From Neoechinorhynchus agilis (taxonomy: Eukaryota > Animalia > Acanthocephala): a stretch of DNA of 64,000 bases. Position numbers and translations under genes: made by a program. Where the stretch lies: contig CM121342.1 in assembly GCA_051530055.1 (NCBI GenBank), positions 14,709,480 through 14,773,479 of the forward strand. The letters run 5' to 3'. Under the pieces are notes generated by a model. The model ran no database searches. It saw nothing but the letters and a program-made list of their open reading frames with translations, and was not told the DNA's origin. Below, piece by piece: positions 11,657-25,208 of this stretch; position 1 is the first letter of the stretch, and every line of letters starts with the position of its first letter.

Positions 11657-13170
11657 ACACGAATGCAATTATGCACGTTTGTAAACGATTGAACATCAAC
11701 GAATTTATATTAAATTTGTTTTCAATGACCTATTTCCAATTTGAGGATATTCGATGTTTAAAATGACAAAGCAGTTCTTTTTTAAATCGTGGTAAAGTGT
11801 ATTTTATAAGTTTTCAAAAAGAAATCATCGAGAGTAAATCCTTCGGATAATATTGAATTGGAGACGTGGTGATCAAAAATAATATTTGCATTTGCACCGT
11901 TGGCTAATCTAGTTTCATTTCGCGGCCTCTCCGAATCGACGAAAACGGTCTAGACGATTCTCGTATAAGTAAATCTCCACTACTGGGGCTCGATGCAAAA
12001 CGGCTTGAGTGAACATTCAACTATAACTCTATTTAGAGGGCCAATGTCACCTAGTTTTACACAAAATACACAAAGGAATCGTTATTGCGTTGGACTGGTT
12101 ACGATTGGAAACTGATTTTCTTTTTGCATAAAATTCAAAATTCAATCTCCATTCTTTTCAACTACAATCCTATATATTCGTTTCCATCGATCATAGAGAA
12201 CGTATTTTAGTAAATATTGAATTATAATTTAGTTTAAATACACTCTTGGTGCATGTTGGTGATTGGCTGGACTCTTGTTAATGATTATTTAGCTAATTAT
12301 TAATGTTTCAGCAGTAGTTTAATTTTAAAACGACGAAAAATGAAACACCAGTAGAATTATTTAAAACATATTAGAAATAACGCTGAACCGTCTCCATTGG
12401 TCTCGGCGAATTTGAAATAACACGATCCCCCAATATTTGAAACCATCAAGAAGTTCGCACAGCTTATGATAAATGGACGAAAGCAGTTTATATTTTTTTC
12501 CGAAAACAAATCCAGAGGAAGTTGTAAGACGGCGGAAGCTCGGAAATAAAGATTTGTCTTTATCTTTATCATTACAACATCCCGCTCAAATGTCCATTTA
12601 AAAACAAAACTCGATTAATGGAATACCTTAACACAAGACACGGATAATGTTTGTATACATTTGGAATATTTTAGAAGCTATTCATCAGCACTTAATTCTC
12701 CGAGGCACCTGCCGCTTTCATATGAGTTCGGCGAAACAAGAGTTCTCATCTCCTTTTCGTGCGAAATTTATTTCACCATTTTGATTGGGTTTAAGGATGC
12801 TTCTGATACCAGAAATACTGCGAGTTCAATCTTCAAACAATCTTTTTTGGATAAATCCTATTTAATGTCATTTATTAATATAGAAACGATTTAAGCTGAT
12901 TACAGTTTTGTTCACTGTGAAAGTGAACTTGATTTAGAGTAAAATATTTTTCAGAAATAGCAAAAGTTTCCAAAAATCCAATAAATCAACACGAACATTA
13001 TTTGGAGCACGCTGAGAATATGAGATCCGTCGAAGATTATATAAGGATCAGCAATAAATCACACTAGCCAATCAGATTTCGAGCAGCATTCCTTCATTTG
13101 CTATGTGATCATATAGCCTCCATAACTTGCAATACACGTATAACACACAGTTACTCACTTGCTAGAAAAA

Positions 13171-13936
<766 letters not shown>

Positions 13937-14714
13937 ATATACTTTTTTACCTAAAATATAAATTTTTGTGTGTACCCATTGTACAATGTGAACGTTATTA
14001 GCCATAAAAACATCAAAAACCTTTGAAGATTGCCGATATTGTAAGGTCCCAATAAATTACTGACGTTCCAACGTGCCCAGGAATATTTACGGAAAATCCT
14101 ATAGATCACACAGTCTCTCAGCACGAGATCACTCGAATTTAAAAGCGTCAGATTTCAGTCAATAAAAACCGTAAGGTAGCGTTATATCTGATCTAAAATT
14201 ACAAATAGTAACTCATTTCGGACAGTTGGAAGCAATCGATAGAAATCAATATCACCTATCAAAAACAAAAAGGATCAATATTGATACTACATTTTGAAGA
14301 CTTGTAGAGATGCTTTGGTGAAATTTTATACCTCTAGATTTCTATCTTTTTGTTGCCAGGTTGACCAGAGTTGATGCCATTTATCATTAATATAAAAATC
14401 AGGTTTTTTTGGGAAAACACAATGCAGCTTTGGGTATTTATTTAGGATTCAATCGAAGTATTAGAAAATTATATCGTAGAATTCCATTTTGCGATTGTAT
14501 ACCAAGTGCAGTATTTGAATAAATCATTGATTGACAAATTTAATGGCGTCCGTTGTACAGTGCAATATAAACGAATGAGGATTAAAGCTGAAAAAAGACT
14601 TAAAAACGACCAGATTGAACGTTCAATAATTTTTTACAATTTTTGCTCCAAATCAAAGATTTATGCTCTCATTCTTTTGATAGCAAATGATTTTTAAATT
14701 TTAATAACATGTAA

Positions 14715-15440
14715 TTACGCTGGAAACATTTTCTCAAAATGGCCAGCAAGTAAAGATATGGCAGCAGCATTTTCTCTTCCTTTTGGAATTACTACTTCAG
14801 CAAACCGTTTGGTTGGACGACAGAAGTTATCATGGCACGGTTTAACGTGATCATCGTGCTCATCTAATATTTGATCAAGACTTCTTTGCTCCTTATACTT
14901 CAAAACTCTTCTTGCTAACCAATATTTTCACAACCGAGTATTTGTGAGAACAATGGTAATTAATCGAATATCGGCATCACAGTCGACGAAAATCTTCAAA
15001 TCTAAGAGTTCTCGCAGTATAGGAAAGTACAGCACATACGTTCCCTCGATAATAATGATGTCAGCTTTATCGTTGATTGCTTGTTTTTGTGGCCGAATTG
15101 GACTTCCTTTAATCTCGACAACATCATTCGCTCGTGATTTGAGACGCTTTATGGTATCGCAAAGTTTGACGCAGTCGATGTATTCTGGATAGAATTGCAA
15201 ATAGTTTGAACCGTAACTGGAGTAATCAGGGACGACTTGGGTACTTTCGTTAAAGAACGATTCCATGTGGATCGTTACAATGCAAGGCTTAGCGCCATTC
15301 ATCACTCGATTTTTCAATTCGTCCACAATCTCCCGGACAACAGTAGACTTACCGGCTGCAGATCCACCTGCAACTCCTATGACGTAGGCAGACCTGAGTT
15401 TTGTATGACGAGGACGCGATGAGGCGCGTTCATTCTTCAT
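14715..15440 (-). CDS. Uridine-cytidine kinase-like protein, split by a 45-nt hairpin insert
   Basis: VIGVAGGSAAGKST, IIIEGTYVLY, RELLDLKIFVDCDADIRL + ARRVLK...RSLDQIL...VKP...RPTKRFAEVVIPKG match the UCK family. Confidence 0.8.
14916..14960 (-). other. Candidate non-canonical hairpin intron in the UCK-like gene
   Basis: In-frame 45 nt containing TGA, bounded by TTA...TTA. The 16-nt arms pair at 14 of 16 positions. Removal restores DADIRLARRVL. Confidence 0.72.
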
Positions 15441-15523
15441 TATGGGTGACTCTGAAAAGAAAAGGACTCAGAAATACCCAAATAAAAGATTTTCGAAGGC
15501 TCGAACTCGAGTGATTTATAGAT

Positions 15524-15676
15524 ATTGATTTATCAATTCAAAAATATTTCGACCGTTTCATTGGACTTCTTCAGGTTGCTTGTAGGTTTTTAAATATGTG
15601 AGAGCTCGTGTCAAAAGTTACAAGCAACCTGAAGAAATAAGGCAAAACGGACGACATATTGGGAATTAATATCAAT
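15524..15676. mobile_element. MITE-like inverted-repeat element upstream of the UCK-like gene
   Basis: Perfect 18-bp IR (15567-15584 ttcttcaggttgcttgta / 15619-15636) with degenerate extension to ~60 bp per arm. Confidence 0.65.
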
Positions 15677-15836
15677 TTTTTATTTGTGTTAATTAACAAA
15701 TAAACGTGTTAGTGAGTCGAAAATCTAAAAGCATTCTTCTCACTTTTAAGATCTTTTTAAATTCAGGTGTCTTTTAAGATTGATAAAGCCACAAAAAACA
15801 GTATAAGCAGGTAAAATCAGCAAAAAAAGGTAGTTC

Positions 15837-15973
15837 TGATACAATCACCACCGTCCGCAAAATCTTAGTTTCTCTCCTTCTTTGGCTGTCGCTATCAGGC
15901 TAGAAGCATTGATTCGTTGTACTGCGAGCGAGATATTTTGTCGCAGAAATACACCTGCTTGTGCGTCGCCGGT
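15837..15973 (-). mobile_element. Solo 3' end of the CRE-type element
   Basis: Closely similar to 61282-61418, which encodes [29 protein letters not shown]...FCGRW*. Confidence 0.75.
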
Positions 15974-18900
15974 AATTATTCATTGTTTTTAATATGGCGA
16001 AAAAAATTGAATTTATTAGGTCGATACTTTTCTAGTAGGTTCGCGATGGAAAAAAGCTACATGGACCTAATAAATTCCTACCTTTTGCCATATCAAAAAA
16101 GCTTTTAGGATTGTTCTTATCGTCTTTATGCTACGGAAGAAGACTTTGGAAAGTGGAGAAAAATATGGATAATATGATTTTGAGTATTTTATTGCAAAAA
16201 AGGGCTTCGTATGGCGCATTTGAGATTGTGGAAAAATTTTATGTATTACGATTTTTCGAGGGCGATCTCATAAAATTCATTAGTTCGTGTACGATCACTT
16301 AGATTTAAACTCGAAATTTCAGCACTAAATTTAAATTATTAGTATATCGAAGGATAAATAAATTTTTTAATAAATATATTGATCGAGACGCTGTGTACTT
16401 TACGTTTAGTTTAAACCACTGATAATTTAAAGCTAAAAACTATAACGAAAGTAAGTTTGGTGTTATTTAGGTCGCTTGTCAACATCCGAGGGAGATCGGA
16501 TTGAAGACGAATACATTTCGACTGACTGATTCAGTCATTCTCAATTCAATCAGTCAAAATATATTCGTCTTTAATGCGATCAAGCGAATAATGCAATCCT
16601 ACACGCAACCGTCTTTTTGCGATGATAAACTCCATAAAATAGACAAATATCGTTACGTTCAACTATTTTCTAAATCAAATTATGGTCCGAAGAAAATCCA
16701 TTGCTCAAAACTACGAAAAAACAATCACAATTAACATCTTGACTAAGATCCAATAAATACGCTCATTTTATTTTAATCAAGAAATCGAGCCATAGAATTT
16801 AATTAGCTAAATTAATGGGTGTATAGCAACTATTATTTTGCTTTCGAGTTAAAGATGCGATAATTTTGAATGAGAAGTATTCGCGGGTAAAAATAAATTA
16901 TCGATATAAAATCCTTCGAGATAATCCAATTAGAATTGTGGTGAGCACTAAGCAACAAATTAACCTGCGAATTCTAGAAAAGAATAAATTCATCATTGAA
17001 TTTAAAAGCTTGATTTAATAATCATTCATTCGAATCCGTTTCGATGGGAAATGCAAATTTATTAAATTGTCCGACGTAGTTTCAGCATATAAATAAGCAA
17101 TTGTTAATCACGTCTGTTTCACGGAAAAAGAAAACAATCTGAATGTATGAACTCCGATTCTTTAGAATTAATTAATATAATCTACATATTCCATACGCAT
17201 GTCCCCCCCGTTGAAATTTCAGAATTGCGCATTTTGAGCTCGTAACCGGTTAAAAAATCGCATTATTCGGTATCGTTTAGTTCACAATTTTTTTTGTTTA
17301 TCAACGCTTTTTCGACATTATAAAAAATATGTTTTTTTCAAGGAAACTAGAAGTGAGCATAAAGAGCGAGGACATTTATTTGTATTTAATGATTTGCGCA
17401 ACAATACTTATTCTTGACAAGTTTCATTAAAGCAATATGATCGCAGAGTTCGCTTTAGAATATTGAACTAGATAAAATGCTCTACATTTGATTTTATAAT
17501 ATACAAAAATCAATTGATAAAACAGTGCTATATTCTCGTGTTTCAGTCAAACTTCCCCTAGTTCTCGAATCACGATCGATTTGTTATTAATGGCAACAAT
17601 TATTTCTAGTAGCACTTAAAAAAATCGTTTTTGTACTATAACGCATGTGGAATCTCATTCGTAGGTTGCACTAAAGAACGCAATACGTTATCTAATGCAT
17701 AAAAACCTGCAAAACAGACTAAATACACTTTTGTTTCTATTCCACCAGTAAATTTCTAAATAACCTATTTAAATCTCTCTTATTTATAAGCGGTTAAACG
17801 GATTAAATGATGCAACCCACAAAAAAACTACAATATTTTTTGTATAATCTAACTAATATTCCCCTGAAGTCGCTATAGATGGTAGAACCTGATAGATTTT
17901 AATGGCTACTTTAATGGGTGTTTATAAAGGAAAATATGAAAAACAGTCACAAAGATTGCTATACTTCGTATTTTCCACTTGAATACATATTTATTCGAAT
18001 AACATTGCGCACCAGTAGCCTTAAATTCGGTCTATCGTTTTGTAATACTTCTATTTGATGAAAAGACACAAATAAGCATCGTGTTACAAAAATGTAACAA
18101 TTTACTCAATTAATATGAGTTGATGGCTAAAAATGTGGTAATGCCCGTAGAATACAATTTATTTTTAAGAAGTTGATGTGGGTCTATGAGACAAACGGAT
18201 GTCAAAAGTTCCTTTGATAAGTCCAAAACACACAAGTAACTAGGAGTTTAGACTATGAATGATTTTTTAGTGTGCATTTCGCGTATCTATTCCTTGTCAT
18301 AAGCATCGCCGATTGGCTCTAACAAGATTTTGGAAAGGAAAGTCAAAAACCAATCTATCTGCGATTTCATTTTTAAAGAAAAATTCTAATATGAATGCCG
18401 GCACCCACATCGTTCCGTTTTGAATGTCTAGCAAGTTTGAATTGCCGGCTCGGATTGTAAGGATGTTAATGAGAATGACGTTACCGAGGCCACGTTTCTC
18501 CTAGCCACATGATACCGCTTCTGTGGAGGAATTGATTTTAATTCCTTAATTATTAGTCTTAATCTTCATCCTGCTTTCGGGTTATTATTAGATATGAAGG
18601 ATCTGACGGTTTAAAGGGGCAGTAGTGAAATTCATTTTAGCATATTTGATTTCTAGTATTGATTAAATTCAATGATCGGTATTTATAGCATATCGGTGGG
18701 CGAATCTAATGATGATCGATCGCTCATTTCTTAACAGTCACTTTGAAATGGCGATTAATGCAAAAGGGGTCCAAAAAGACTAGGATCGTCGTCGGTTATC
18801 CATCTGCTTACTGTTCCGTTGATTCAAAAGTGAATTTCTCGCACTCGATTGCTGTAGCGACCATAAGTCGAGACTACTCTTCGAGCAACCACGAGGACAT

Positions 18901-19989
18901 TTTCCGGTGGAATAGTTGCAGAAGTTAATACTAATTTTGGCGTTCATCTGCAGCCATCCCCGCTGTAACGGCCATTACTGCATTAAGGCTTGAGGAGAGC
19001 CCGTTTCAAAATTATGGACGAATTCAATACTTGGTTATTTTATCATCACAAAGAAAAAAATAAATTGAAATTGCGTCATAACGAAGCGAGTTGTTGGGTT
19101 AGCGACGTTTTCGAATACGGGCTGGTCAATCAAAATTACTTTTTGAATCAAGAAATGAAAGACTGCCAAGATCGCGTATTTGATACATCCATCTTGCGAT
19201 TTTTTTATCGCTTGGTCGACATTTGATCAAGAAATTTATAACCTATACTAATGCTTGTGGGTGACGAATAAGATTACGGCTGTTGCATAATCATGACAGG
19301 AATAAGCAAAAAGCTAATTTGGCAAGTTAAAGAGAAGTATTCAATGATTTAAAAGGTAGGAAATATAAAAGAAATAAACTTAAAAGTAGTAAGATTTTGC
19401 AAAGTATCACAAAATTCGTATAATTCCCTTAATTTTTTTAAAAGTTGCGCCTTTAATCGTATTTAAGGCATAATTGACGCTGTGAAAATAATAAATTAAA
19501 CTTTTTGAAGGACTTATTGCAATTATCTGTAACTTTTCGTAAATTAAAGTCAATAACGGTAATCTTTGGAAAATTTTAAATTAGTATTTTGGGCAATGCA
19601 AATATTTATTTAATTTTTGATACTCGATTTAATTGTTTTTAATTTTGGTCACAAATTCAATGAGAACAATGGGGCACAGATAGAAGAACTACAGCGCGAA
19701 AGCTGTTACTGAATGAATAAAAAATACACATGATGTGCAATTAATTGATACTTGAAATTTTGGATACAATTACGGATTAGAGATTTCGATATTGTTTGCA
19801 CAGGAATTTATTAATAATAATTAAAACTATTAAGCAAACAGTTCTTACGCAAGTCTTTAATTGCAAATTTAGTGCTTCAAAGGCTCTTTAACCGGTGGTT
19901 TAAAATCGTCAAATCTGGTTGACAGGTGTTTGAATCACGAGATCATGAGCATATCTCTCTTGGGTACCATCATTTGCCAATAATTAAAT

Positions 19990-20520
19990 GAAATATTTCC
20001 TTCGCACCCGAGAGACCCATAAAGAAGTGCTTAAGGCATAGGACACGGATGCGATACGCTATCGGTTGCTGTCAATGTATCATGACTTAACCATGAATTT
20101 AAAGAAGCTGTGGTCGAGGACACAAGTATTACCATAAGGCGTAAGGTGCTAACGCCTGTTTTAAATTAGTGCTGAGGAAAGGGAAATCGGGCTACGTTTG
20201 GCATTTAAGCTAGACAGAATGAATAATTTCCTTTTTTGACTGCAGGCATTGTGGCTATTGGTGCCATATGTACTATGATAGAAGTGATTATAGATTAAAA
20301 AAATAATTGGCACTAGCTAGATTAAAGCAACTTCATTTTAAATTGCAATTTTGCGTACATGTAACGCTTCAGCCAATCAAAATGCTTGGTTTGCATGAAA
20401 GAAAAATCTTCTTTGTTGTGGGCGGGCAAAAATTAGCATTAAGAGCATTGGGACATATAAATCAGAAAAAAAGTCAAAACGTCTATTTTACTTCTCTGGG
20501 GAGAAGGGAAAAAATGAGAA
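19990..20520 (+). pseudogene. Highly decayed non-LTR reverse transcriptase remnant (RTE-like)
   Basis: Scattered motifs only: LLSMYHD, ggcgtaagg (GVR), LGHINQKKS. Weak by-eye match. Confidence 0.3.
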
Positions 20521-20743
20521 GCATATCCAATATAATTAATGATCTTCAATCTCTTTAGCAACATTGCTGAATGATATATTAAATCCTTCGGGATTAAAAG
20601 GCGTGGCTAGAATTCAGCCTCGTCAAAATAAAGGAACCATTATTGATCTCATTGCTCATTAAATTAATTAATCAAAAATATGGATCCAGATTACACTGAC
20701 ATTATTTTTTTATTTACAACGCAATTATTTTAACATTCTTTTT

Positions 20744-21806
20744 TCAATGCCACCGTTGTTTGGCTGAACTCAATTGGCGGGACACGTATGTAGAGTGCGG
20801 ATCAAGTTGGATTTGGTCATCCTTTCTAATTTTCTTTGCGCTCGGCAAATCCATCTTACTTTTATCGGTCTTCTTTCTTTTTCTCGTCTGCAAACCTTGT
20901 TTTTTCATTGAAAGTGGTCTATTAACCTATTTTTTTACAAATTTTCAGTAAAGTTCGGTAGAAAAATTAAACCTTGTGCAGTTTATAGTAAAGGCCGCAA
21001 GCGTTGCAGACCGATTCTCCTTGCGAATTTCTTCGCCAAAGCGTTGTTTCATTGGTTCCACAATTGGCGCACTGAATGTTACTTCTAGTGCCATGCTAAA
21101 AAATTTACAATTTAACTGAAAAGATTAAACAAAAAGAAATGCTCACCATTCTCCTGTGAGAACTCTTTTCAGCGAACGGCCCAGCATTACTGGACACTCG
21201 CGGATACATATGCATTTGGGCGCATGGTTCACAGAACACATTTCCGCTTGAATCGTATCTCCAGGATATATTAATCAGATGTGATCCACAAGTACAACAC
21301 GACCTCATTCTTTGGAGATGGGAATTATCGATTGAGACTGAATAGTTATAGAGAGCGAGATTGTTTCCGAACATCAGATCAGGCCTCGCAACTCCATGAG
21401 CGTAAAACTGGTGTTGATGTTGGGATTGAGTCGAATTTTGAGTCGGAAGGATTTGTTGGGTGCTCGGTTGATTGGTTGCAGCAAATCCATAAGAAGCCCT
21501 CGCCATTCCATTCATCATGCTTTGCTGATAGATTGGAGTTTGTAGGCTCGATGTGTTCATTTGTCGTATAATATCCGCTTGTTGAGGCTGGGCGAACGGA
21601 TATTGATGGCCAATATTTGTCTGATGTTGACTGCTGAGAGATGCATTACACGCGTAAGGCGAGTACATTTGTCCATCAAGGGGTCTTGGAGGAACCGTTT
21701 GATAATTTGACGATGGATCATTTGTAAGGCTCATGTCTTTATAAATATTTCCAGAGAAATGACTTTCTTGGGTATCACTTGATTTTAGACTTGTATTTTT
21801 AGTCAT
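20744..21806 (-). CDS. GATA: GATA transcription factor (intact C-finger, degenerate N-finger)
   Basis: [33 protein letters not shown]|[18 protein letters not shown], assembled through two canonical introns. TRKRK suggests the GATA4/5/6 class. Confidence 0.9.
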
Positions 21807-24800
21807 TTGTCCTTTAAAAAGTACGAACGGATCATGGTAAGAAAATGAAAAGTAAAAATATTCCTGTTTTGCAATCATTTTTACAATATAAAAATTTGCA
21901 GGATCTTCTATTTTTGCGTGTGCGCGTGTGTTTTATTGATGGCAACACACACGCAGTATAAAACGATGAGCACATCGCCAAGAAATATCTATTGCTCGAT
22001 TGCCTTTCGGGAGATAAAATCAAAGACTTACTTTTATCGGCTTGCCGGATATGTATTCCTCTCGTGCACACGAGTTGTCTTTCTTGTTGTCAAATAGTAT
22101 CACTTGATTTAATATCGATAATGGAACGATACGCTCGATCTGGCTCAAGTTAGCAGCAACAAGCGAGCAATAGCACTATCTTCTTGAAGAAAGTGGAGGT
22201 GTGTGTTAAGGGAAAGGAAAGAAGTGTGTGTGTTAATTCGTCTTATCGATCCTCCGTGTGTGCTAGCTTTGATATATCTCGAGAATTCGTAGCTTAAAGG
22301 GCGCACTTGTCAGCTATATGCTCGCTCTGAGACTGATTGCTCCAAAGGGTAAATCCTCAGCCAATAAGAATTCGCATATCTTAATTGCCGTACGCGTTCT
22401 TAAAAGGACCGTACGCGATACGCCAACCATCCTAAGGAATGTTTGAAGAGCAAAGATGGCGATAGTACCCACAAAAATATGCATACATCAAGATACGACG
22501 GCAGACATTGCGCCGACTTGGTGACAGGGTCTTCAACAGGGCTGTAGAGTGGCACAAATTCTCGGACACGCTAAAGAAATTTCTTAAAAGAACGATTAGA
22601 TACGATAAAAAAATGCTAAAACTTTCTTCATCCCAAGTGGCATTTATTTTAAGCATGGATAAAACCTATTAAATATTTGCATTCCATAGATACGACACGA
22701 GCTGTGTTTGCATTTCTCTAAGATACGCAAGGCAATTGTTTAATCTCGTATTGCTGTGTATGTTCCGTCGATGGAAAGCATCCGCAATGACAGCTGACGT
22801 GACTGAGCGGAGAACTAAATTTGTAAATGTGTGGTTGCGTTTCAATCCCAGTTAAAAATATCGATCTAAATGAGGCTTGTCTTTAAATTCGTTGCAACTT
22901 GCATTATCCTTCAAAAATGAATGCTGTTCTCGAAAATGATATGAATTTTTGTACTTTTTGTAAGTTTACCATGAAGAATATTTATTAAATGTTTTATTGA
23001 AACCAAGTTGCGTGTTTTGACAAAACCGAAGAGCTTTCAATACAATATTTAATTTTTCCAAGTCTCCTAATAATGCATATTAAATAAAATATTGTTTAGA
23101 ACTGATTTTTGAGTTTAAGCGCAATCTATGATTTTTCAAATAAAATTATAACACCGCGCTCGTAAAACTTCTTGCTTCAAAAATATCCATATTTAAAACC
23201 AGTTTGAAAAGAGTCAATTCGGAACAGCATCTTCGAATACTTAAACTATAGTAAACATTTGTTATGCAGTTTCATGGACTGCTCTTCATGCAGGCTACTA
23301 ATGCATTCGCTAAAACAAGTCGTAATAGCATAACGATGAACAAAAATTTAAATTGAATTTTTTAGACAATATTTATACAACAACTACATGAAATTTTATG
23401 TAGTTTCCGCTTTATACCACTTAATTGAATTTTAACTAACTACTGTAATCGGACCCAAAGATCATCCATAATGTCCAGTTTCTTGCATCTTAAGTCGGCA
23501 AACATCAATGTGATCGTTAAAACGTAGCTACACAAATTAGCTAGTATTTGATACAATAATTACGATTTCTTTTAAATATATTAACACGCTTGCATTCCCT
23601 TGATTTTTCAATTGGCCGCCAAAACTGATAAGGTTCGTTGATGTTTTGAAGCTTTCGAGTGGTTCAAATAATATCAACTTCAGATTCGGCAACACTTTCT
23701 TTAAAAAAAAGGTAACGATAATAGATACAGCGTGGTGGTTATGAGAGCCTTTGATTTTTAGGAAGTGAAAAATCTCTCATTTTTAACCTGCATTCGTTAC
23801 GTATGGCTTATTCAGGATTTTAGATTACCGACGATTTCAAAAGCATGAATTCCTACGAGGTGAAATTTCTAGCACGTCCTCAACTGCCTATCTTGACATG
23901 TGGCTTTGATCATGAGTAGTGCATCAATAAATATGTTAAAAATAGTTTGAGCAGTTCAACAGCTCTTGTTGGTCACATGGGGTTTGTATTCTCTTACTAC
24001 TTTTAAAAGCAACTCTAAACATCAATCTTTAAAACCATGATAAGAAGTGAAGCCTTTGATTAATAAATCGTTATCAGGCCAAAGTTCGCTTTCAAAGTCT
24101 AAAAATCCATTTTGCAATTTTTTTCCACTTAAATATCCATTTGATTATCTCTGATTTTTTTATTCAAAAAAACTAAACTATTCGAGCTTGGGAATGTTAA
24201 ATTAAAGTACTTATTCTGTTTAAACTATTAAGACTATGAAATTTCTGCGTTTTTGAGTGATATTTAACTTGTTAAAATGATCGACCTGTCAGATAACGAC
24301 CATAATGATTTATAGCTGTGAAGCTATGCTGCTGTCTTAACGAACATTATGTGGCTCCTTTTGTGCAATTAAGCAGTGAATATATTGCAATTAAATCGTG
24401 CATTGGGAATTAAAAACTCATATTAGTTAGGATTGGGGATAAATAATAAAAATGCCCAGAAAATATGCAAGAAATATTTTTAGTTGTTGGAAGAAACAAT
24501 TGATAGAGATACAAAAATCATCTACTTGCAATAACCTTTTACAATATCGATAATTTTATTTTCTTTGTATTTTGTTAAGCAATAAGATCGATAGAAGTTT
24601 TAATTATCAACCTTATCACAACAATTGTATGTTATTTTTTTCTCATTTAATTCTCTTAAAACATGCTTATTCAACGATTAAATGTTGCCGTACACATAAA
24701 CACGAGGTTTCCGTTAGCGACAAACAAAAATTATTTTACAACTCACCGTTTTATTTTAGCGTCTAGAAATTTTCACTCAAATGAAATAAAACATTGTTGA

Positions 24801-25208
24801 GCTCTTAAATCAGTGAAATTGCAGTGAGGTTTCGTATCGAAAAAAAACACTTTCTTGCCTATAAACTAACAATTCAATTTTAATAAAGTTTAAAAACACA
24901 GTTCTATTTAATCCTGAACGTTGTGAAGAAAAGTATTATATGATAGAAAAGTTATATTTTTAAAATTTCGGAGCAGACATTTGGACCCCATGACGCGCGG
25001 GCATCTTTCAACTATACGTTCAACCATACTGTTATCTTTTTTGAGTGGAAGAATAGATCAATCAATAAAAGACTGCGTCAACCTTGTCAGTCTTGTCTAG
25101 TTAGTCAATATGTCGCGTCTTTAGCGCACAAAATGTTGAATTTTTGCGCTATAACAGGTAAGGTTATTTATATATTTGGATATAGAGTTTTACTTAACCG
25201 TGTAACTC

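Noticed and set aside
22000-22700. GATA-site cluster upstream of the GATA gene (autoregulation)
   Set aside because: WGATAR sites are expected frequently in AT-rich DNA, and no clear enrichment was established by eye.
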